DNA from: Thermoplasmata archaeon
GTDB lineage: Archaea > Thermoplasmatota > Thermoplasmata > Lutacidiplasmatales > UBA184
NCBI GenBank assembly: GCA_030038095.1
Contig: JASHPK010000027.1
Span: 23,432-87,431 of the forward strand
DNA: 64,000 bases
Direction of reading: 5' to 3'
Shown: positions 7,207 to 15,557 of the stretch, piece by piece
Layout of the letters: every line of letters begins with the position of its first letter
Numbering within the stretch: position 1 is the first letter of the stretch
Translations under genes and position numbers: made by a program
Notes under the pieces: model-generated
The model's database searches: none
Told to the model about the DNA's origin: nothing
Seen by the model: only the letters and a program-made list of their open reading frames with translations

Positions 7207-8238
7207 CTACTTCGGCCGGTCCCGCCGACCTTCGCTCGCGCTCCCCTTCGTGGGTCCGAGTTCGCTGGACGAGGGGTCCCTTCGAGCGCGGAGCATCGGG
7301 AGCGGGACCCACTCCGCGGGGGCCGCCACCGGCTGGAAGACGCCGTAGAAGGGGACGCGCTGCGTGATCACCCGGCGGAACGCTGCGCGCAGCTGCGCGT
7401 CGCTCAGGCCCCGCGTCGGCACGAGGTCGTCGTTGCGGTTGAGACAGCCCTTGAGCTCCCCCTTGTGCGTGACGCGAATCCGATGGCAGTGCAGGCAGAA
7501 GTCCGTGTTGTTGACCGGGTCGACGACCTCGATCTCGGCCGCGTCGAACCGGTAGACCTTGCGGTGGTGCATCTCGCGCTGGAGCACCTGCGTCGCCCGG
7601 TGCTCGAGCCAGCGGTGCACCTCCGCGAGGTCGGCGTTCCAGTCCGGGTGCGGGGCGAACTCGGGCATGAACTGGATCAGCTGGAGCTTGAGGCCCTCCT
7701 TCCGCTGGACGAATTCGACGAGATCCGGGATGTTCGCGACCGTGAAACCGAGGACGACAAGGTTGAGCTTGACGGGTGTGAGGCCGGCTTCGATCGCCGC
7801 GTCGACCCCCCGGAGCACGCTCGCGAGGCTGCCTTTGCGGATTTCGTGGAACTCTTGCGGATCGAGGGAGTCGATGGAGACATTGACCCGCTTGAGCCCC
7901 GCGGCCCGCAGTCCGGCCGCGCGCTCGGCCAACATCGACCCGTTCGTCGTGAGCGAGACGTCGGGGACCTGCCGGACCGTGCGCTCGATGATCTCCTCGA
8001 GGTCGGAGCGGACCAGCGGCTCGCCCCCCGTGAACTTCACCGAGCGGATCCCGAACTCCCGGGCGACCCCCACGAGACGGTCGACCTCGGCCGGGAGCAT
8101 CTCCTCCCCATGCGCGGCCGAGGGTCTAGAGACCGGGCCGAGGCCTTCGTCGTGGCAGTAGACACAGGCGAAGTTACACCGGTTCGTGACGCTGATCCGC
8201 AGGTCGGTGACTTCGCGTCCGAACGCATCGGTCAGCAT
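7207..8238 (-). CDS. moaA: GTP 3',8-cyclase MoaA (molybdenum cofactor biosynthesis, radical SAM)
   Basis: 343 aa. LRISVTNRCNFACVYCH radical-SAM CxxxCxxC cluster, SVKFTGGEPL, and C-terminal CLHCHRIRVTHKGELKGCL second cluster. Confidence 0.93.
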   Translation of the reverse strand: MLTDAFGREVTDLRISVTNRCNFACVYCHDEGLGPVSRPSAAHGEEMLPAEVDRLVGVAREFGIRSVKFTGGEPLVRSDLEEIIERTVRQVPDVSLTTNGSMLAERAAGLRAAGLKRVNVSIDSLDPQEFHEIRKGSLASVLRGVDAAIEAGLTPVKLNLVVLGFTVANIPDLVEFVQRKEGLKLQLIQFMPEFAPHPDWNADLAEVHRWLEHRATQVLQREMHHRKVYRFDAAEIEVVDPVNNTDFCLHCHRIRVTHKGELKGCLNRNDDLVPTRGLSDAQLRAAFRRVITQRVPFYGVFQPVAAPAEWVPLPMLRARRDPSSSELGPTKGSASEGRRDRPK

Positions 8239-8318
8239 CGGCAGATGCTCCGAGAGCCGGCAAGGTATATCCGTCAGTCGAAACGCGGATCCGAGCGGGG
8301 GAGGGGGGTCCCCGGCCC

Positions 8319-8927
8319 TCAGGTCAGGTCGATGGTGAGTACCCCGGTCCAGGGACTCGACGGCACCGAGACCGAGAACGAGAGCGTGGGCGACGAGTTC
8401 ACGGGTATGTTCAGCGGCACGTTCGCGCCCGAGATCGAGAACCCCGGGGTGGTCGTGTTGATGCTATGGATCTCGCACGCCGCGTTGCCGCCGTTCGTGG
8501 TGTTGTTGCCTTCGATGGAGAACGACAGCTCGATCGAGCTCCCGGTGCTGGCGTTGAAGCCGCTGCTCGTCGCCCCATTGAGCCCGCAAACGTCGTCGGC
8601 GGAGTAGAAGTTGATACCGGTGACGACCACGTTGTTCGTGCTAGTGGGGTAGAGCAGGTACGCGAGGACGCCGATCACCAGGAAGATCACGATCACGACC
8701 GCGATGATGATCAGCAGCGTCCGTCCCCGAGAACGGCGGGGAGGCCCTCCCGATCCACCACCGCCGTACGGCGAGGGTCCCCAGCCCGAAGGCGGAGGCG
8801 GTGGAGGGGGAGTCATCTGGGGCAGGGGACCGGAAGGGGCGTTCGCCATGGTGCTCCCGCAGTACTGGCAGAACGCGGCGCCCGGTGGGTTCGCGGCCCC
8901 GCAATGGATACAGAAGGACGACGACAT
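8319..8927 (-). CDS. Zinc-ribbon / single-TM protein with sequon-rich extracellular domain (hypothetical)
   Basis: 202 aa. FCIHCGAANPPGAAFCQYCG ribbon, Pro/Gly linker, TM LLIIIAVVIVIFLVIGVLAYLL, then an Asn/Ser/Thr-rich beta-type domain. Confidence 0.7.
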   Translation of the reverse strand: MSSSFCIHCGAANPPGAAFCQYCGSTMANAPSGPLPQMTPPPPPPPSGWGPSPYGGGGSGGPPRRSRGRTLLIIIAVVIVIFLVIGVLAYLLYPTSTNNVVVTGINFYSADDVCGLNGATSSGFNASTGSSIELSFSIEGNNTTNGGNAACEIHSINTTTPGFSISGANVPLNIPVNSSPTLSFSVSVPSSPWTGVLTIDLT

Positions 8928-8941
8928 CCTTTGCGTTCGAG

Positions 8942-8955
8942 AGTACAGGTGTACT
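8942..8955. promoter_or_regulatory. Perfect palindrome AGTACAGGTGTACT 15-28 nt upstream of the 8319-8927 gene start
   Basis: Read directly: 6-bp arms AGTACA/TGTACT with a 2-nt spacer. Confidence 0.3.
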
Positions 8956-9253
8956 TAGACCCGTCGGGTGCGGTCCCTGCCCTGCCCCTCTCTCCGACGC
9001 CGGCCTTCGAGAGGGGGCCATGGGCCGTGATGGGCTCTCGGCGGGCCCCACCACCGGCGCCCAGAGGGTTCCGCCTGCGCCCTGAGGCCGTTCCCCCGGA
9101 CCGCAGGATTTCGGGGAGATTCCGGAAGAATCTCGGAAATCAGGCTTGAATCCCGAGGGGTTGGTCCGATCGATGTCAGCCGACACGAACCGGCGCAGGG
9201 ATCCGGGTCCACCGGCTCCCGCTCCCGGCCACCTCCTGCGCCTAGAGACCGTG

Positions 9254-9556
9254 ATGTTCCCCCCGCGGACCCGCGGTCCCCGGCGCTCGCGCTCCCGGGT
9301 CGTCCTCGCGGGACTCGTCGCGGTCTCCGTGCTCGGAGCCAGCGCCTCCGCGCCCGGGGGCCCGGGCAGTGTCGCCGTTTCGGTCCCCGAACAGAGGCGG
9401 GAAATCGCCCCGGGCGGCCGGAACGCGGAACCGAGAGTCCGCCCGGTCAGGGTCGCCCGACGTCCCCCAATCGCGTACATGGCGAGCGGCCCACCGGCCG
9501 CGGACGGTTCGGTTCGCGCTGCGGCCCGGCCGCGCGTCACCGGGGGGCTCCCGTGA
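9254..9556 (+). CDS. Possible small secreted protein (Arg-rich signal-like N-terminus); weak call
   Basis: MFPPRTRGPRRSRSRVVLAGLVAVSVLGASASA... GC3 is very high in this frame. TGA 9554-9556. No family recognised and the rest is low complexity. Confidence 0.3.
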   Translation: MFPPRTRGPRRSRSRVVLAGLVAVSVLGASASAPGGPGSVAVSVPEQRREIAPGGRNAEPRVRPVRVARRPPIAYMASGPPAADGSVRAAARPRVTGGLP

Positions 9557-9604
9557 GCGTCGGCCCTAGAGTTCTTCGGAGACCTCGACTCTCGGAAATG
9601 CGCC

Positions 9605-9892
9605 GTGGACAGTTTCTCGCGTCTCCTCTGGTGGCTCTTCTCGAGCAGCGCGGGCGCGAGGACCCGGGCGAACGTGCTTCGCGCGGTCCGCGAGCTACCG
9701 AGGAACGCCCAGCAGCTATCGACCGCGCTCGGGATCGATTACACGACCGCCCGGCACCATCTGAAGATCCTGCTCGAGAACCACCTCATCGAGACGTCGG
9801 GCGACCATTACGGGCAGGTGTACACGGTCGCCCCCGTCGTGGAGGCCCGTTGGAATGAGATCGAACAGATCGTGGCGCGCCACCAGCGCTAG
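9605..9892 (+). CDS. ArsR-like winged-helix transcriptional regulator (cassette copy 1)
   Basis: 95 aa with GTG start. RANVLRAVRELPRNAQQLSTALGIDYTTARHHLKILLENHLIE is the HTH plus wing of the ArsR/SmtB-like fold. Paralogous to 33173-33520. Confidence 0.8.
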   Translation: MDSFSRLLWWLFSSSAGARTRANVLRAVRELPRNAQQLSTALGIDYTTARHHLKILLENHLIETSGDHYGQVYTVAPVVEARWNEIEQIVARHQR

Positions 9893-9901
9893 AGGGAATC
9901 G

Positions 9902-10339
9902 ATGACCGGAACGTCGACCGCTCCGCCGCCGCACCGGCCCGGTGCGGCGTTGTGGGTCACCCTCGTGATCCTGGTCGGCCTCGTCGTGGGGCTGTTGGTC
10001 GCGGTGCTCGTCCCCCCGGTTCCCGGACCTCCGGGGCCTCCCGGGGCCCCCCCGGCCCGCCCGCTCAACCAGGTGGGCCAGGTCGTCTCGGTGATCGACC
10101 TGGCGCTCCTGGTCGCCCTGCTCGTGGTCTACGTCCGAACGTACTCCGAAACTCGGGCTCGCTTCGCTCTCGGCCTTGTGGTCTTCCTGGCCGCGCTGGT
10201 CGTCCAGACCCTCGCGGGATCCTCGCTGGTCCTGAGGGCGTTCGGCTTCGGCCCTGGGGGCCTCTGGCCCTTCCTGACCCTAAGCTATTCCTTCGAGGTC
10301 ATCGCCCTCTCGGTGTTCCTGTACCTCAGCCTAGAATAG
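9902..10339 (+). CDS. Small 3-4 TM membrane protein (cassette copy 1 partner)
   Basis: 145 aa, starting 9 nt after the regulator stop. YVRTYSETRARFALGLVVFLAALVVQTL... aligns with YRRIYAQTKAAFSLGLVLFAGAFVIQNL of 33517-33804. Confidence 0.75.
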   Translation: MTGTSTAPPPHRPGAALWVTLVILVGLVVGLLVAVLVPPVPGPPGPPGAPPARPLNQVGQVVSVIDLALLVALLVVYVRTYSETRARFALGLVVFLAALVVQTLAGSSLVLRAFGFGPGGLWPFLTLSYSFEVIALSVFLYLSLE

Positions 10340-10572
10340 GGATCGTTCCTCCGCCCACGGGAAATACCCCTCACCCAGAGCCACCGGAAAGCGGGACGTC
10401 CGGGGGCGGTCCGGCCCCGGGTCCCCCCGAACGGTGATACCGGAGCGTTCGAATCAGCGACGCCACGAGCCCGAGACGCACCCCGGCGAGGACCGCGTAT
10501 CTCGGAACCATCCCCTTCGGTACGGCTCGACCGGAGGGACGGAGCGAGCGTTAGGGCTGCCGCCGCGGGGCG

Positions 10573-12072
10573 TCAGGGTCGACCACGCGCAGGGGCCAAA
10601 GGGGGCTCTCGGGGCACCACGCGCCCCCGGAGGGCGGACAGCACCGCGGCCGCGGCCAGGATCCCCGCGGCCGTGTACAGCGCCCCATCGATGCCCGCGA
10701 GGAACGCGGCGCCGATCCCCCCGATCAGCTTCGTGGTGCCGAGGATCACTTCATACGCGACATAGCGGGGCACCGACGCGGAGGCGATCGTGATCGCGAG
10801 GACGAAGCTGAGCAGGGTCCCCGTGTTCGTGAGCATGCTGCGGAGGCCCGAGACCGCCCCGTAGGACCCCCGGGGGGCGCTCGCCATGATCGCCGCGTTG
10901 TTGGCGGGCCAGAACATCCCGCTCCCGAGGCCGGTGACGATCGAGATCCCGACCACGTACTCGAGGGGCGACTCGATCCGCAGGGAAGCATAGGAGAGGA
11001 CCCCGGCGCCCATCAGCGCGATGCCCATCGTCGCGACGAGCCGGGCTCCGAGGCGATCGGAGACCCGGCCGAAGAACGGCGAGAGGATCCCTCCGACCAC
11101 GTAACCGGGAACGAGGAGGAGGGCAGCGTCGAGGGGGGAGAGCCCCCGCACTCCCTGGAGGTACATCGTCAGGAGGAACACCACCGAGAGGTACCCCATG
11201 CCTTGGAGAAACGAACTGCCGAGGGAGTACGTCAGGATCCGCTCGCGAAAGAGGTGGAAATCGAGCATCGGGGCCCTCGCGCGGGTCTCCCACAGGAGGA
11301 ACGGGATGAGGAACGCGAGCCCTACGACGAGGAGGGCCTCGTTCAGCGGTCGAACCCCGTAGGAAGCGAAGTCGATCGCGGCATAGGCGAACGAGCCGAG
11401 CGCGCCGCCGAAGAGGGCGAAGCCGGGCAGGTCGAGGGGGGTGCGATGCCGCTCGACGTCGTGCACGTACTTCAGGCCTAGGAGGACCGCGACGACCCCG
11501 ATCGGCGCGTTGATGAAGAAGATGTAACGCCAGCCGAGATAGGTCGTGATCGCGCCGCCGAGGAGGATGCCGAGGATCGCCCCGACGTTCCATCCCAGGG
11601 CGGTGAACCCGAACGCCCGGCCCCGCTCCTGGGGCGGGAAGTGATCGGCGATGATCGCACCGCCGTTCGCGAGCATCAGGGAGGCGCCGACCGCCTGGCC
11701 GCCTCTGGACGCGATGAGAAAGACGTCGCTCGGGGCGAGGCCGCAGAGGACGGAGGCGGCCGTGAAGACCGCGAACCCGGCGTTGTAGATCCGCGCTCGT
11801 CCGAAGACGTCGCCGACCCGGCCGACCTGCGTCGTGAGGAGGGTGGTGACGAGCAGGTAGAGCAGGATCACCCAGATGATCGTCCCGAGCGGCGACCGGA
11901 GCTCCGAGCCGATGGTGGGAAGGGCGAGGATCACGATCGTGACGTCGACCGCCGACATGAGGGAGCCGAGCATCACGACGAGCAGGACCCACCGGGGATG
12001 CCGTTCGACGGGGAGCTTCGCCACGGCCGGGACCCCAGCGCTCGGGCCCGAAGCGGACGGGATCGTCGACAC
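10573..12072 (-). CDS. MFS transporter, DHA2 (EmrB/QacA-like, 14-TM) drug:H+ antiporter family
   Basis: 499 aa. SLMSAVDVTIVILALPTIGSEL..., GRVGDVFGRARIY motif A, and about 14 hydrophobic segments. Confidence 0.9.
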   Translation of the reverse strand: MSTIPSASGPSAGVPAVAKLPVERHPRWVLLVVMLGSLMSAVDVTIVILALPTIGSELRSPLGTIIWVILLYLLVTTLLTTQVGRVGDVFGRARIYNAGFAVFTAASVLCGLAPSDVFLIASRGGQAVGASLMLANGGAIIADHFPPQERGRAFGFTALGWNVGAILGILLGGAITTYLGWRYIFFINAPIGVVAVLLGLKYVHDVERHRTPLDLPGFALFGGALGSFAYAAIDFASYGVRPLNEALLVVGLAFLIPFLLWETRARAPMLDFHLFRERILTYSLGSSFLQGMGYLSVVFLLTMYLQGVRGLSPLDAALLLVPGYVVGGILSPFFGRVSDRLGARLVATMGIALMGAGVLSYASLRIESPLEYVVGISIVTGLGSGMFWPANNAAIMASAPRGSYGAVSGLRSMLTNTGTLLSFVLAITIASASVPRYVAYEVILGTTKLIGGIGAAFLAGIDGALYTAAGILAAAAVLSALRGRVVPREPPLAPARGRP

Positions 12073-12148
12073 GGCGGCGGACCCAGCTCAAGCGCGGCAG
12101 TAGATGTCGGTGGCGACCCGGGTCCCCCCACCGCTCGGCGGGACCGGG

Positions 12149-13342
12149 CTACCGATCCGCCGCCTTTCCTCGTTCCATCGAAACCTGTCGGTCGGTCTTC
12201 GCGACGGTCTCGGGCTCGACGCTGCGGTTGATCGTCACCTCGTTGACGATGACCAGCATCTCGAGGGCCATCAACAGATTCGAAACGACCCGCTGGGCGG
12301 CGACCGCCACCTGCCGGTCGGAGATCCGGCGGGCGAGGGTGTCCCCGAGCGAGTAGTCCGCGTGGAGGGACTCCTCGATCGAGTTGAGGCTCGCGTTCGC
12401 GTCCGTGACCGAGATCCGGGCAAAGGCGTCCATCGTGCGCTCGAGCAGCTCGTCGACCGCCCCGATCAGCTTCGAGAGCTCGGTGACCGCCGACCGGGGG
12501 AGGCGATGGATCCCGGCGAGGTTCTCCTTGAGCTCGTGGGCCACCCCCGAGATGAGGTCGCCGAGGACCTCGAGGATCTTCGCCACCAGCCGGTTGCCGA
12601 TCTGGTAGTGGTGGCTTTCGACGCCGATGTCTCGGGCGACCTGGAAGTCGTCGGAGGCGAGGAGCAGCTGGCGGACCATCAAGAGGTAGAACCGGTCGAT
12701 CTCGTCCTCGAGTGGGTCGAGCTGCTGCAGGGCGATCCGGTTGCCCGCCGCGAGGCTCGTGCGGCACGTCCCGAGCTCCGTGCGGAGGATGCGTACGACT
12801 TGGCTCAAGAGACGGTGGAACTGGTAGCGTCCGGGATCGACGAAGTTCTGGACCTCGACCACCCCCGACTCCTCCTCCACCACCGTCATCCCGAGCACGT
12901 GGGCGACGGTCCGCCGGACCTCCTGCCGCTGCTCAGGGGTCAGGCCGCTCCGGGCGGTCACGATGATCTGGTCCTGACCGGTGATGTAGGCCCCGATCAG
13001 GAGCCGGGCCAGGAGCCGGGGCGGAGCGTCGCTCGCGTCGATCCGCAGGAGCTTCTGCCGCCGCTCGGACGGCGATTCCGCGTTCACGGGGCTGATCTCG
13101 AGACGCCCCGCACCCAGGTCACGGAACCGCAGCGAGTCCCCGATCTGCAGGTTCATCGAATCGGTCCAGGCCTTCGGCAGGGTGATCGAGAGGGACGAGG
13201 AACCCGTTCGCTGGACCCGACGGGTGGATCCGTGGACCCCGGGGCTGGTATCGGCCTCCTTACGGATCCGCGGCACGCGGTCCGGATGGGGTCCTGCTCT
13301 TTTACTCTCCGCCTCGCCGGCGGGGCCGACCGCCGGCCCCAC
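12149..13342 (-). CDS. AbrB/SpoVT-domain plus PhoU-domain regulator (archaeal PhoU-like); start uncertain
   Basis: RRVQRTGSSSLSITLPKAWTDSMNLQIGDSLRF is AbrB-like. It is followed by two PhoU-type helical repeats (DEIDRFYLLMVRQLL..., LVAKILEVLGDLISGVAHEL...). The true start is probably internal to the 397-aa ORF. Confidence 0.75.
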   Translation of the reverse strand: MGPAVGPAGEAESKRAGPHPDRVPRIRKEADTSPGVHGSTRRVQRTGSSSLSITLPKAWTDSMNLQIGDSLRFRDLGAGRLEISPVNAESPSERRQKLLRIDASDAPPRLLARLLIGAYITGQDQIIVTARSGLTPEQRQEVRRTVAHVLGMTVVEEESGVVEVQNFVDPGRYQFHRLLSQVVRILRTELGTCRTSLAAGNRIALQQLDPLEDEIDRFYLLMVRQLLLASDDFQVARDIGVESHHYQIGNRLVAKILEVLGDLISGVAHELKENLAGIHRLPRSAVTELSKLIGAVDELLERTMDAFARISVTDANASLNSIEESLHADYSLGDTLARRISDRQVAVAAQRVVSNLLMALEMLVIVNEVTINRSVEPETVAKTDRQVSMERGKAADR

Positions 13343-13554
13343 GCCCTCTCCTTACTCTCCTTACGCCCGGGACCGCACTCCCATCACCACCCCCGCCGTT
13401 TCCCTCTCTCGAGGCGGCATATGGAAACCCGCGAAGGAATGCGAGTGTTCGACCGAGCGAGCTGGCGACGCAAAGCGAGAGTACCCGAGCGATGGCACCG
13501 GGCGGAGAATGCCCGGCACGCCCCGACGGCGACCCCCCCCAAGGCTGAGGAGAA

Positions 13555-14322
13555 GTGGTGATCATGTTCGTCGATTACCTGGCCTTCCAAGAGGTCCTCC
13601 TGGTCTTCGCGGTCGCGCTGGTCGGCTACGTCGCCGTGCTCAGCTACGTGGCGATGCGCCGGAACGATGCGGCGGGTCTGAAGAGCACCCTCAAGAGCGG
13701 TGCGGTCCCCATCGGCGGGGTCGGAGCGATCGCGACGATCCTCGGGATCTGGGGCGAAGTCGCCTGGCCGCTCCCGGGCAGCTACAACATCCTGTTCACG
13801 GACATCTACCTGATCTTCGGGTTGACCCTCGTCCTGCTGGCGGTCTCCATGGCCGCGTCGCTGAAGCTCCAGTACGTCGGCCTCTTCGCCTTCGTGGCGG
13901 GGGGAATCACCATCGCCTACGGCTGGAACGGCTACCAACTCGGCATGACGAAGGACCCGCTCGAGACGTTCCTGCTCTTCGGCTCGTTCGGGCTCGCCGC
14001 GATCCTGTCGTTCCCCGCAACCGTCGCGGTCGACCACTTCCTGGCGCACCCCGACGGCACGGCGTTCGCGACCCGAACCCCGGCGGCGGTCGCCCGGCGG
14101 CGCCCGTCCCTTTCCGGGGCGAGCCGAGCCGTGCAGCCCGTGGTTCCCGAGACCTCCTCCGGGACCCCGGACTCCGAGCTGAGCTTCCGCGAGCGGTTCC
14201 ACCTCCCGATCTACGTCAATGTGATGGTGCTCGCGTTCGTCGTCATGGTCGCGCTCGCGGCAATCGCCGCGCTCTGGTACCTCGACGTGACCCTGCCGGC
14301 GCACCTCGCGAACGCCCCGTAG
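13555..14322 (+). CDS. Polytopic membrane protein (about 6 TM; tentatively DUF981-type archaeal family)
   Basis: 255 aa. Hydrophobic segments throughout, GAGGAG upstream of the start (GTG 13555 or ATG 13564). Family name is from memory only. Confidence 0.65.
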   Translation: MVIMFVDYLAFQEVLLVFAVALVGYVAVLSYVAMRRNDAAGLKSTLKSGAVPIGGVGAIATILGIWGEVAWPLPGSYNILFTDIYLIFGLTLVLLAVSMAASLKLQYVGLFAFVAGGITIAYGWNGYQLGMTKDPLETFLLFGSFGLAAILSFPATVAVDHFLAHPDGTAFATRTPAAVARRRPSLSGASRAVQPVVPETSSGTPDSELSFRERFHLPIYVNVMVLAFVVMVALAAIAALWYLDVTLPAHLANAP

Positions 14323-14341
14323 ATCGGCGGAGCAGCGCACG

Positions 14342-15460
14342 ATGAGCCGCCTCGGACCGGCCTCTGCCACGGTTCCCTCACCGGCAGGGACCGGTCCGAA
14401 CCTTTTCCCTGACTCTCGCGAAACTCCGGCCCATACCCTCGGGGATGGCCGGGTCGAGGAAGGACGCCCGGAGCGTCGGATCGAGAAGGTCCTGCGGATC
14501 GAGGCCTCGGGAGCTCCGGAGAACCTACTGGCCCGCCTCCTCGTCGGCAGCTACATCACGGGTCACGACCGCGTCGTAATCTCTTCCCGTCGCCGACTGA
14601 CCCGAGCCCGACGGCGGGAGATCCACCGGATGGTCGATCGCATCCTTGGAATGTCCGTGGTCGGAGATCGACCGAACGTGATCGAGGTGCAGAGTTTCCT
14701 CGATCCGGGGAAGTACGAGCTCCCGAAGCTCCTCCACCGGGTCGTTCAGATGCTGCGGTCCGAGCTCCAATCCTGCCGGGCCGCCCTCGTCGACCCCGGG
14801 CCCTCTTCGCTCGGCTCGGTCGAACTGCTCGAGGAGCAGATCGACCAGCTGTACCTCGTCATGGTTCGCCAGCTCCTGCTCTCCTCCGAGAGTCCCCGCA
14901 TCGCCCGCGACATCGATGTCGAGAGCCATCACTACCAGATCGGCGACCGGCTCGTCGCAAAGACGCTCGAGTTCGTAGGGGACCTGGTGCTCGGCATCGC
15001 GACCGAGCTGCGGAAGAACCTCGCCGGCCTACGACAGTTGCCCCCGCGCTCGCTTCGGACGCTCGCGGGTGAGCTCCATCGCATCGACCAGCTCCTCGCC
15101 GCCACCATGGCTGCGTTCGGCCAACTCTCCGCGGTCGAGGCGAACGCGACGCTCAATCGAATCGGAGAGACCCTCGCACGGGAGTCCGAGCTCGCCCCCG
15201 GGATCGTCGCGAAGGCCCCGACCCGGAAGGTCGCGGGGGCGTGCCAGCAGATCTCCTTCTACCTCGAGATGATCACGGAGATGCTCATCTGCATCAACGA
15301 AGTTACGATCAATCGCAGCGTCGAACCCGAGACGATGGTCCGTCGGGCGGAGCCGACCCGCCGGGTGCGTCCCGCCGCGCCGGGCAACGGCCTTCTCACG
15401 TACGCACCCATCGAACTGAACGCATTTGGTCCCCACCGCGGCCCGACCGCCACCCGCTGA
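14342..15460 (+). CDS. PhoU-domain protein, paralog of 12149-13342 lacking the AbrB DNA-binding domain; start uncertain
   Basis: LRIEASGAPENLLARLLVGSYITGHDRVVISS...EEQIDQLYLVMVRQLLLSS...HHYQIGDRLVAKTLEFVGDLV...INEVTINRSVEPET is collinear with the paralog. No SpoVT/AbrB motif in any frame upstream. Confidence 0.75.
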   Translation: MSRLGPASATVPSPAGTGPNLFPDSRETPAHTLGDGRVEEGRPERRIEKVLRIEASGAPENLLARLLVGSYITGHDRVVISSRRRLTRARRREIHRMVDRILGMSVVGDRPNVIEVQSFLDPGKYELPKLLHRVVQMLRSELQSCRAALVDPGPSSLGSVELLEEQIDQLYLVMVRQLLLSSESPRIARDIDVESHHYQIGDRLVAKTLEFVGDLVLGIATELRKNLAGLRQLPPRSLRTLAGELHRIDQLLAATMAAFGQLSAVEANATLNRIGETLARESELAPGIVAKAPTRKVAGACQQISFYLEMITEMLICINEVTINRSVEPETMVRRAEPTRRVRPAAPGNGLLTYAPIELNAFGPHRGPTATR

Positions 15461-15557
15461 TCGCCGCGACCGAGAGTCGGCGGCTTCGTCCATCCGTTCT
15501 ATGCTCGACCGGAGGTTTTTTGAGCGTGGAGGCCGCCTTCTCTCGCACTGGTTCTCC

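Noticed and set aside
13440-13561. 40-aa basic ORF (MRVFDRASWRRKARVPERWHRAENARH...) ending in a GTGA overlap with the membrane-protein gene start
   Set aside because: It is too short and compositionally ordinary for this GC content, with no recognisable motif. It cannot be supported without conservation or expression data.
13182-14370. 387-aa (+) and 328-aa (-) Arg/Asp/Glu-rich ORFs over the membrane-protein gene
   Set aside because: These are shadows of 13555-14322. Only that frame gives coherent TM helices.
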